From: a virus
Taxonomy: Duplodnaviria; Caudoviricetes
Virus record (IMG/VR): IMGVR_UViG_3300029288_000164
Location: 6,754 to 70,753 of that record
Strand: one strand, 5' to 3'
DNA length: 64,000 nt
The notes beneath the pieces were generated by a model that searched no databases, had not been told where the DNA came from, and worked only from the letters and a program-made list of their open reading frames with translations. The translations under genes and the position numbers were made by a program. Positions 55,583 to 64,000 of the stretch are shown piece by piece. The number at the start of each line of letters is the position of its first letter. The stretch's first letter is position 1.

Positions 55583-56604
55583 TGGGCTGGAGTGACGCCA
55601 CAGGATGTAATGGAAACGGAAGTACGGCTGCGGGCTACTGGGGACGCGATATATACCGTAGAGTCCTTGCTGAAGAAGAACAAGCTCGCCAACGCTCTTT
55701 GCTAATGGATGAAATACGTGCTGGCGGTATTCGCTCGTACCTATGGCAACCCGTGAAAACTGGGGACAAATGCGCTTGCTACAAAGAAAGCAATCAGCAA
55801 GCGGATCGCAAATGCTATAGTTGTCATGGAATAGGCTTAGTTCCTGGATTTAAGAAATTCGGGTTTAATACTCTTTGGCTATCAGCTTCAGATACTACAG
55901 CAACTCTTATTGATACTGAGGCAACGATAGGTTTCAAATCCTCGGATGTGCAAATTAGCGATGGGTATCTAATGGGTGAAATAGTTTCCCCAGATTTTAC
56001 TTTTTCTAGAACAGCTTTTGGATCATTTTGGGAAACTGATGTTCACTATACAATAAGGGACTCAGCAAATTCAGATGTTGTGGTTAAATATTCGCTGAAT
56101 GCTGGTCATACTTGGGCAGATATTTCAACATTGGCTACGGTTAATCCTGTTAGTGGTACAATAAGGTTCAAGGCAATTCTTACGCGGGATACAGTAGATA
56201 TTCTCAGCCCCTTTTTTGATATTGTCCGTGCAAGGTATGCGACGATTCCTTTAGAGAATGAAGTAATTGCTGGCGAGTATAGGCAAGGTCCATTTATCCT
56301 TGCAATGCGCGATATTCCATTTAGGCAGGTTAAGAAGCAAGACTGGGGAGATTTGCCAGTTAGTGGGAATGAGCATTTTTGGAGCGCGGGTTTGGCAGAC
56401 TTTGACCCTTCAATTACCAGAGGTTCATTGGACGAATTGATAACTGGCTCTTGCTTTATCGAATTCATGGATGGTGCGGTTGCGGGCACAAGACATGTAA
56501 TAACCAGTTGGCAAAATTCTGATCCTTTCTCGTATATTTTAGTGTCGCAGACTTTTACAACAAGGGTTGCGGATACGGTAGGTCCGTATTCTTTGGTTTG
56601 GTAG
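55582..56604 (+). CDS. Neck / head-closure-like protein
   Basis: KCAC...CYSCHGIG Zn motif of the kind seen in myovirus neck proteins; position. Confidence 0.6.
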   Translation: MGWSDATGCNGNGSTAAGYWGRDIYRRVLAEEEQARQRSLLMDEIRAGGIRSYLWQPVKTGDKCACYKESNQQADRKCYSCHGIGLVPGFKKFGFNTLWLSASDTTATLIDTEATIGFKSSDVQISDGYLMGEIVSPDFTFSRTAFGSFWETDVHYTIRDSANSDVVVKYSLNAGHTWADISTLATVNPVSGTIRFKAILTRDTVDILSPFFDIVRARYATIPLENEVIAGEYRQGPFILAMRDIPFRQVKKQDWGDLPVSGNEHFWSAGLADFDPSITRGSLDELITGSCFIEFMDGAVAGTRHVITSWQNSDPFSYILVSQTFTTRVADTVGPYSLVW

Positions 56605-56646
56605 GAGCGGGCGTTATCCTTTTGAGAAAAACGTGGAAATAAGGAT

Positions 56647-57852
56647 ATGTTTAGGACAAGTAAAGTTAAGTTAGGGCGATCTTATAAGCAGGAAGCTTTA
56701 CTTCTTTCTGTGCTGGAATCTTGTAGGCAGCTTTACAATGCAGCCTTACAGCAAAGGCGGGAGGCTTATAGTAGACAGAAAGTTTCTGTTTCTCTTTATG
56801 AACAGTATGGGGATTTAACTGACCTTCGTGCGGATGATCCAGAGTTTAAACTTTTGCCGAGTGAGATGACGAGATTAACCTCTCTCCGCAGGTTGGATCT
56901 TGCCTATGTTAGTTTCTACAGAAGATCAAAAGCAGGAAAAAACCCAGGTTTTCCGAGATTTAAGGGTAAGGGTAGATTTGACACGCTGATTTCTGGTCTT
57001 GGGGGCTGGAAGATTGAAGGAAAGAAGTTAATTATCAAAGCAGGTCCAACACCTATTGTTCTGACTATGAGGAACAAGATTCACAGGGACGGGGAAATCA
57101 AAGGTCTTCGAATCGTCAAGCGCCAAAATCGCTGGTGGGCGGATTTTCGGATTGATGTTGGTCCTGCTCCTGCTGTCAAAGCTCCTAGGAATGAGGTTGG
57201 GATCGATGTTGGTTTGAGGACCTTTGCTAAAATGTCCGATGGGAAAGATATAGATCATCCCCATTTTCTAAAGAAAGTTCTTCCCCAGGTAAAAGAAGCT
57301 CAAAGAGATTTAAGTTCCAAGAAAAAAGGATCAAACAATAGGAAAAAGTCCAAGCAAGTTCTTTCGCGCATCAGCGCGAAAGTTGCTAATAAGCGCAAAG
57401 ATTTTATATTTCAAACTGTTGCTGCTCTAGCTAAAGAATATGATGGTTTTAAAGTTGAGAAATTGAACATTGTTGGGATGCTGGCTTCAACACGTCCAGC
57501 CCCAGAAGGGATGACAGAGAAAAACACCCGTTCTATGAGACGAAACATAATGGATGCTTCCTGGGGGATGTTTATAGCTCAACTGAAAAATAAAGCGGAA
57601 GAAGCTGGTTTTCCGGTTGTGCTAGTTAACCCAAAGGGCACAAGTCAGCACTGTTCGGATTGCGGTACCCTAGTGCGTAAGGCACTAAATATTCGCATTC
57701 ATGAGTGTCCTGTGTGTGGCTTGGTTATGGACAGAGATGAGAATTCAGCCAGGAACATCTTACAAGTTGAAAACGACCTGGGGTGCAGGTCGGTGCCTAA
57801 AGATACAGGCACGGAGGTTACATGTCAAGATGAGAACCACACCCGATGGTGA
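56647..57852 (+). mobile_element. tnpB: IS200/IS605-family TnpB (copy 3)
   Basis: LYNAALQQRR, GIDVG, KVEKL, CSDC...CPVC, DRDENSARNI. Confidence 0.93.
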
Positions 57853-57889
57853 TACGAAACGTAGTGCGGAATTTTAATAGGTAGACAAA

Positions 57890-59053
57890 ATGTCCAGAGA
57901 AGACCTTACAGAGAGACAATACATAGAAACTGCCCCCTATGACAGCACAGATCCGCCAAGGTTTGGGCAGCTTATTGAGACGGCCAAAGACGCATTTATG
58001 ACGGAATTGCGGTCATATTTCCAATATATTTCGACAGATGCAGCATATAAATTGAGCGAGATTCCCACAATAAACAAATACAGTCGTGGAACTACTGCTC
58101 CCGGTATTGCTGAAGGAGATCTCGAAACCATTACGAAAGTAATGATGTCGTATGCGGATACTTCAGATAAATTTCCAATGATTGCTATTACTTCAGCAAC
58201 CTCGCGCGAGAAGCGTCTAGGCATTGGAAATAATTTCGTGGATCATGTACAAGATCCCCCGCGTGTAGAAGGTACAAAAGCTGGTCCTTTTGCTTTGACC
58301 GATGGTTGGACACTCACCCTGACAACTGTTCCACGGGGCTTGGTTGAAAATACAACAACTTCAACCATTACTTTTAGTAGTATATTATTTGCCACAATAG
58401 GAGCAGCTACAATAGATGCTGTAGTTTTGGCAATAAATGCACAAGCACTTTACTATACCGCTTCTGCGACCGTAGATGGCTATCTGAGGCTCACGGCTGG
58501 GGGGCCTTGTGCAGAGGGCACCCCCAACATTATAACCATTACAGGGGGCACTGCGGCTTGTTTAACGGCATTTGGGTTAACTGTTGGGCAAACGGACACA
58601 TATCTTAATACCGCAAGACCGCCAAAGAACAGATATGGCACTATGGCGGAAATGACCATAAATATTGATGTAATTACTGACGATTTAAATGAACGTGGGG
58701 AGATGAGCGACCTTGTTCAGACATTTTTTGGTTTCTGGATGGAAAAAAGGCGTTTTCAGTTTTTGGGTAGGTCCTATTTTGACGACGCAGTGACACCTGC
58801 TGAGTGGTACCACATAATTTTCAAGGGTGAATTTAGCTGGTCTGGGGAGATAAATGTTCCCCGGTTAGGTGGGGAGCTTTACGATTATATCTATGCGAAT
58901 CGTGGTTCTATCCCAATTTTGATAGCGGATTACATTGATAGGCCATTGACTACGGTTCCTATTTTCTTGAATAGCACGGATGTTGTGTGGACTACATCAT
59001 TGCCCGATGGGGATTATGGGGTGTTGAGTAAGAATTTCAAAAGAATTGGCTAG
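57890..59053 (+). CDS. Tail completion / terminator-like protein with inserted accessory domain
   Basis: FPMIAIT...INIDV motifs; directly before the sheath; internal segment resembles sheath accessory domains. Confidence 0.55.
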   Translation: MSREDLTERQYIETAPYDSTDPPRFGQLIETAKDAFMTELRSYFQYISTDAAYKLSEIPTINKYSRGTTAPGIAEGDLETITKVMMSYADTSDKFPMIAITSATSREKRLGIGNNFVDHVQDPPRVEGTKAGPFALTDGWTLTLTTVPRGLVENTTTSTITFSSILFATIGAATIDAVVLAINAQALYYTASATVDGYLRLTAGGPCAEGTPNIITITGGTAACLTAFGLTVGQTDTYLNTARPPKNRYGTMAEMTINIDVITDDLNERGEMSDLVQTFFGFWMEKRRFQFLGRSYFDDAVTPAEWYHIIFKGEFSWSGEINVPRLGGELYDYIYANRGSIPILIADYIDRPLTTVPIFLNSTDVVWTTSLPDGDYGVLSKNFKRIG

Positions 59054-59111
59054 GGTCTTCAATGGGCCAACTTTTTTGATGTTATACTGTTTTGAAATGT
59101 AGGAGGTCTAA

Positions 59112-61961
59112 ATGACTATTGCAATCAGCACATATACAGATCCAGGGGTTTACCAAGCAGAGGTAATTGAGCCGGGTTCTGTTTCTACTAATTTTGAAAG
59201 AACCCCTTGTGTCGTAGCCATTGCGCCACGTACAAGGCGTGTAACGAATGAATCTATCGTTCGTGGCAAGGTTTTTGCTGAGACGGTAGCAGGTTGGTCA
59301 GGTTCTACGCCATACAGAGCAATATTGACTTATACTTCGAACCGCGATAGAAATAACGCAATTCTTTACCAAAATGGAAATGCTCTTGGCTTAGGAGATT
59401 GGTCGTTTATTCCTGCTACAATCAACAATTCAGCAACTCCTGGGACACCGGTTAATACGACTGTTACAACGATTCCTGCTTATTTGTTGGGCGGTAACGG
59501 GGCAACGGCTGTTCTTTTAACTTGGACCGTTGTTGGCGACGGTGAATTTACTATTTCTATTGATGGTGTTGTCTATAACGTTCTTGGGCTGAACTTTGGT
59601 GCTTGCGCGAATATGAATGATGTGGCGACGGTTATTCAAGTTGGTATTCGGGCTTTGACACCAACCCACTTGGAAACTTGTACATGGTCTGTGGATCATT
59701 TTATTGTTTCTTCAGTAAGTGTTGATCCGTTTGTTTCCGATGTTAGTGTGACTTCGGCTGTTCCTGCTGGTGCGGGTACCGATATTTCCGGTGCTGGCGG
59801 CACAGCTTTCATGGATTCCGATGTTGGTAATGGTACGGAAATGCCTCCGGTGTCCAGCGGCACTCGGTATTTCACTCTGTCTTTGGATGGAAAGAAAGCA
59901 CTTGCTGTAGCTTTGACAAGCGGCATTTCAACCCCGCTTACTACTATTGCGACGGACATCAATACAGCTTTGAACGCCAGCCCAATTTATGGTGCAACAT
60001 ATGCTACTGTTGCGAGTACCTACGCTACAACGAACCCGAACGACACATTGAAATTGACGTCGCCCACAACAACGTCCGCTTCTGATATTAAGATTTTCCT
60101 TTCTCCTCTTACGGATGGGGCTTCCGTAATTTCTAGTGGTTCTTGGGTTCCATCAGCCACTACTGGGATTCAGCCAAATTCTACGGTTGAAATAATTGAT
60201 GCTTCTTACATTTCGGGGGCTACGTATACAATTGAGTATGTAACGGTTGAAACGGTTGAAGATCCATTAGCGGATACAACTGTAACTGACACCCTTAGCA
60301 ATATCGTGGTCACGGGAAGTTATCCAGGTTCTTCTTCATTTGTGAAAAATCAGGACTACGAAAACGGAGCTACCGTTACAATTGACTGGAATGTGGCTGC
60401 TTATTATCATGCTGCTAATGTGACAGCAACGGTGGCTGGTCCTTATACACCCGTTCTAAATATTAGTGACCGGATTACTTTCTCTCTTAACGGGTTGGCG
60501 GCAATTACAGTTACTTTTACGGCGGGTGTTGGTGTAACGGCGGCTACTTTGGCTGCGGAAATCAATGCCGCTCTAGCCGCAAGTTCTACATATGGTCCAG
60601 AATATGCTTGGACGGCTTCAAATAATGCGGGGTCTTTGAAGTGGGAAGTTAGAACACCTTTCCAGAGCTTCCCTGTAGAGCGCGGATATGACACTTCAAT
60701 TATTTTCTATACCAACACCAGGAACGCATTTTCTCTATTTTTTGGTGCAACAACTCTTCCGTATGAAATTCGTGGCGCGGCATTACGGCCCTCTTTTGGT
60801 GATTCTTATTACTGCACCTACGATTACAACAGGCCAGCATCTAACTATTTAACTCCTTGGTTGGTGTATAACCCGGCAGAGCTTTATGGTTATTGTTCAC
60901 CTTTGACGGTGTTGAATTATACACGGAACAAGCTGGCGATTGCTGGCGGCATTGCATTTGAAAACAGTGCATCCTCTTTGTGGCTGCAACAGATTAACGA
61001 TTCAACGGTTCCTGGTACTCCAACTAGCACACAGATTCACACAGCAATTGATTCTTGCGAACAAAAGTCGGGAATTACCGATATCGTTGTCATTGATACT
61101 TCAACGGATACTGCGGTTTATTTGATGACCCATGTTGCTGACCAATCTTCTATGTTAAACAAGCATTATAGGCGCGGTTGGTTTGGGATGGCTAGAAGCA
61201 CGGCGGTAGGTGATCCGGACACGGCAAATACGTTGGTGTATCGGGCAACCAGGACGCTACAACCGGGAAATACCTCTCCAGGACGTGGCAGGCTCATTCT
61301 AGTGGCCCCATCAACGGTGACTAGGACGGTTACTTTGGATGATGGCAGAGAGATTGATGTGGAAGTAGATGGGTCATATGTGGCTACCGCGATTATGGCT
61401 CTTTATACCAGTTTACCTTCACCTTCAGATGTTTTGATTAACAAGACAATCACCGGGTTCAAAATTGATGATTTTGAGACATATTTAACTGAAGAACGAC
61501 ATACTTTGGCAGGTAATGGCGTTTGTGTAGTTACCGAAGACGCAGGAAGGTTAATTCTTCTTGATCCTCTTACGACAGAAGCCGGTGGTGGCAAGGTTGT
61601 TTCGTTTGAGGAGCCAGCTTCTTCGGCGCAGAAAGATGCTGTAACTTCAACAGTTGATACTTTGCTATACAACAATGTGGTTGGTGTTGTCCCGGATGAT
61701 CTTGCCGATTTTATCACAGATATTAAAAAGTGGATAATGTTGGCAATTATCGCAAATATCAATAATGGGACAATTGGGCCTTACAAGAATACTGATGGTT
61801 CTTCCAGGGATATTGACCCAAAAACGGACATTCAAGTGTTCCAGTCTTCAACAGACCCAAGGACGTATTTGTTCAAGTATTGGTATAACCTGAAGTATCC
61901 GGCAAAGAGATTCTTCGGTGAATACTCAGTGGATAATCCATTTTGGGCACCTGCTGCTTAA
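59112..61961 (+). CDS. Contractile tail sheath protein 1
   Basis: YTDPGVY N-terminus; C-terminal YLFKYWYNLKYPAKR; DUF3383-like accessory domains. Confidence 0.85.
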   Translation: MTIAISTYTDPGVYQAEVIEPGSVSTNFERTPCVVAIAPRTRRVTNESIVRGKVFAETVAGWSGSTPYRAILTYTSNRDRNNAILYQNGNALGLGDWSFIPATINNSATPGTPVNTTVTTIPAYLLGGNGATAVLLTWTVVGDGEFTISIDGVVYNVLGLNFGACANMNDVATVIQVGIRALTPTHLETCTWSVDHFIVSSVSVDPFVSDVSVTSAVPAGAGTDISGAGGTAFMDSDVGNGTEMPPVSSGTRYFTLSLDGKKALAVALTSGISTPLTTIATDINTALNASPIYGATYATVASTYATTNPNDTLKLTSPTTTSASDIKIFLSPLTDGASVISSGSWVPSATTGIQPNSTVEIIDASYISGATYTIEYVTVETVEDPLADTTVTDTLSNIVVTGSYPGSSSFVKNQDYENGATVTIDWNVAAYYHAANVTATVAGPYTPVLNISDRITFSLNGLAAITVTFTAGVGVTAATLAAEINAALAASSTYGPEYAWTASNNAGSLKWEVRTPFQSFPVERGYDTSIIFYTNTRNAFSLFFGATTLPYEIRGAALRPSFGDSYYCTYDYNRPASNYLTPWLVYNPAELYGYCSPLTVLNYTRNKLAIAGGIAFENSASSLWLQQINDSTVPGTPTSTQIHTAIDSCEQKSGITDIVVIDTSTDTAVYLMTHVADQSSMLNKHYRRGWFGMARSTAVGDPDTANTLVYRATRTLQPGNTSPGRGRLILVAPSTVTRTVTLDDGREIDVEVDGSYVATAIMALYTSLPSPSDVLINKTITGFKIDDFETYLTEERHTLAGNGVCVVTEDAGRLILLDPLTTEAGGGKVVSFEEPASSAQKDAVTSTVDTLLYNNVVGVVPDDLADFITDIKKWIMLAIIANINNGTIGPYKNTDGSSRDIDPKTDIQVFQSSTDPRTYLFKYWYNLKYPAKRFFGEYSVDNPFWAPAA

Positions 61962-62042
61962 GTCTTTGGTGATTTAATTTGTGTCCCTTTAAGAAACCTA
62001 CACAAGTTGGCTTATGATTAAGTGCAAGTAGGAGGATTTTAA

Positions 62043-64000
62043 ATGACAATAGCAATTAGTGTTTATACCGATCCTGGTGTATATATTTCTGAGGTAATCG
62101 AGCCGGGTTCGGTTTCTGTTGTTTCAGAAAGAACCGGCTGCGTTGTAGCAATTGCTCCCCGTACTCGTAGGGTTACAAATGAGGCGGTTGTTCGTGGGAA
62201 GGTCTATGCCGAGACGGTAGCAGGTTGGTCCGCTGTTACTCCTTTTAGGTCGAATGTTGTAAATACATCAAACAGGGACCGTAATAATGCTGTTCTTTAT
62301 ATGAACGGAAACGCTCTTGGTTTGGGGGATTGGTCGTTTGCTCCTGCGATGATTGCTGGTGCTGCGGGAACACCTGTTACTACGGACGGCACACACCACA
62401 GTTTTACTGTTTCTTTGGATGGAAAAAAGGCTCTTACAATTGCTATTACCCCCGGTGTTATTCCCCTTACGCAAGTTGCTACGGAGATTAATGCTGCTCT
62501 TGCGGCCAGTCCTCTGTATGGTGCTACATATAATGCGGTTGCAACAACTTTTGCAACCTTGGCACCAAATGATACGTTGAGGTTAACTTCTCCGACAACC
62601 GGTACGGCTTCAGATATTAAGATTTTTGTTTCTTTGGACCATGATTGTGCTTCCATTATTTCTAATGCATCGTGGGCACCTTCTGCAACGGCCGGTGTTC
62701 AGCCCAATTCAATTGTAGAAGTAATTGATGCGGTTTATTCTTCAACGGCAACTTACACAATTGAATACGTGACTGTCGAGACGGTTGAAGATCCATTAGC
62801 GGAAACTTCTGCAACTGATACTCTCTCTAACATTATCCTTACTGGAAGTTATCCAGGTTCTTCATCTTATACGAAAAATCAGGATTATGAGAATGGCGCT
62901 ACTACTACAATTGATTGGAATGTAGCTGCATATTATCATGCTGCAAATGTGACTGCAACAGTAATCCAAAACTATACTTTCGTTGCTGGTGTTAGCGACC
63001 AATTGAATTTCTCAATTAATGGTCTTACTCCAATTACAGTTGTTTTTGCTCCTGGTGCTACTACTGCGGCGGCGACTGCCATTATTATTAATGCAGCTTT
63101 GGCCGGTAGTGCTGTTTATGGTCCTGAGTATGCTTGGACAGCATCAGATTCTGGTGGCTATTTGAAGATGGAAGTTAGAACGCCTTTCCAGAGCTTCCCT
63201 GTTGAGCGGGGCTATGCTACTTCTCTTGTTTTCTATGCTGTGGCACAGAATGCTTTCTCACTGTTCTTTGGGGCGACTACCCAACCCTACGAAATTCGTG
63301 GCGCTGCGTCTCGGCCTGCTTTTGGCACATCATATTATTGTACATACGATTACAATCGGCCAGCAGATGATTACATTATTCCAACAAAGGTGTATAATCC
63401 AACGCAGCTTTATGCCTATTGTTCCCCGTTGACTATTGGAAATTATACCCGGAACAAGTTGGCAATTGCAGGTGAGATTGCTTTTGAAAATAATGCTCCT
63501 GCTTTGTGGTTGCAGCAAATCGACGATTCAACTGTTCCAGGTACACCAACGATTTCGCAAATTCATGCCGCAATTGATTCTTGTGAGCAGAAGTCTGGAA
63601 TTACAGATGTAGTTGTTATTGATACGTCAACGGATACAGCAGTTTATTTGATGACTCACGTTGCGGATCAGTCGAGTATGTTGAATAAGCATTATAGGCG
63701 TGGTTGGTTCGGGATGTCAAGGGGTACAGCGGTTGGCGATCCCGATACGGCAGATACATTTGTATATCGTGCTACGCGGACGCTACAGCCGGGGAATACC
63801 TCTCCTGGTCGTGGCAGGCTCATTCTGGTGGCTCCGTCTGAGGCAGAGCGTACTTTGACGCTTGAGGATGGGCGTGAAGTCGATGTAGACCTTGACGGGA
63901 CATACATTGCCGCAGCGGTTATGGCTCTGTACACGTCGCTTCCAAGTCCGTCTGATGTACTGATTAACAAGCTAATCACGGGCTTCCAAATTGACACTTT
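62043..64000 (+). CDS. Contractile tail sheath protein 2 (3' end runs off the window)
   Basis: Manual translation MTIAISVYTDPGVYISEVIEPG... is open to the window end and colinear with sheath 1; absent from the ORF track. Confidence 0.88.
   Translation, partial: MTIAISVYTDPGVYISEVIEPGSVSVVSERTGCVVAIAPRTRRVTNEAVVRGKVYAETVAGWSAVTPFRSNVVNTSNRDRNNAVLYMNGNALGLGDWSFAPAMIAGAAGTPVTTDGTHHSFTVSLDGKKALTIAITPGVIPLTQVATEINAALAASPLYGATYNAVATTFATLAPNDTLRLTSPTTGTASDIKIFVSLDHDCASIISNASWAPSATAGVQPNSIVEVIDAVYSSTATYTIEYVTVETVEDPLAETSATDTLSNIILTGSYPGSSSYTKNQDYENGATTTIDWNVAAYYHAANVTATVIQNYTFVAGVSDQLNFSINGLTPITVVFAPGATTAAATAIIINAALAGSAVYGPEYAWTASDSGGYLKMEVRTPFQSFPVERGYATSLVFYAVAQNAFSLFFGATTQPYEIRGAASRPAFGTSYYCTYDYNRPADDYIIPTKVYNPTQLYAYCSPLTIGNYTRNKLAIAGEIAFENNAPALWLQQIDDSTVPGTPTISQIHAAIDSCEQKSGITDVVVIDTSTDTAVYLMTHVADQSSMLNKHYRRGWFGMSRGTAVGDPDTADTFVYRATRTLQPGNTSPGRGRLILVAPSEAERTLTLEDGREVDVDLDGTYIAAAVMALYTSLPSPSDVLINKLITGFQIDT

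Noticed and set aside
20777-57852. TnpBs as nuclease-dead TldR-type regulators
   Set aside because: All three retain the RuvC Asp, Glu and Asp residues.
1-64000. CRISPR arrays or rRNA genes
   Set aside because: No regularly spaced repeat-spacer units or rRNA-like sequence were seen.

Overview
The window is a 64 kb fragment of a large, probably jumbo, contractile-tailed dsDNA phage genome using the standard genetic code. The left third (1-22 kb) is accessory. It holds a radical SAM gene, an RNA-repair set (RlaP-type nucleotidyltransferase, SAK-type HAD, adjacent T4-Rnl1-like and RtcB ligases), a tRNA-Lys(UUU), three paralogous virion-like proteins, a free-standing GIY-YIG endonuclease, Hsp20, a metallophosphoesterase, a permuted NlpC/P60 amidase and a TnpB. 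The right two thirds (22-64 kb) are morphogenesis genes: candidate TerS, TerL, a 1751-aa fibre, an intein-containing portal, prohead protease, scaffold, major capsid protein, neck and tail-completion genes and two tandem tail sheaths, with two more TnpBs inserted. The most unusual observations are: (1) an IscB-type PLMP/RRXRR domain with no nuclease, fused to the gene after the capsid gene and preceded by a switch-like RNA structure that hides its RBS; (2) a dual-chemistry tRNA repair kit beside a tRNA-Lys with a remodelled elbow; (3) the same ~126-129 aa module inserted with matching boundaries into two unrelated structural proteins; (4) dispersed acidic proteins sharing an N-terminal D-x-x-hydrophobic-x-R-(I/M)-A motif; (5) two genes broken at A-AAA-AAG runs. 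All family assignments come from motifs recognised by eye; no searches were run.
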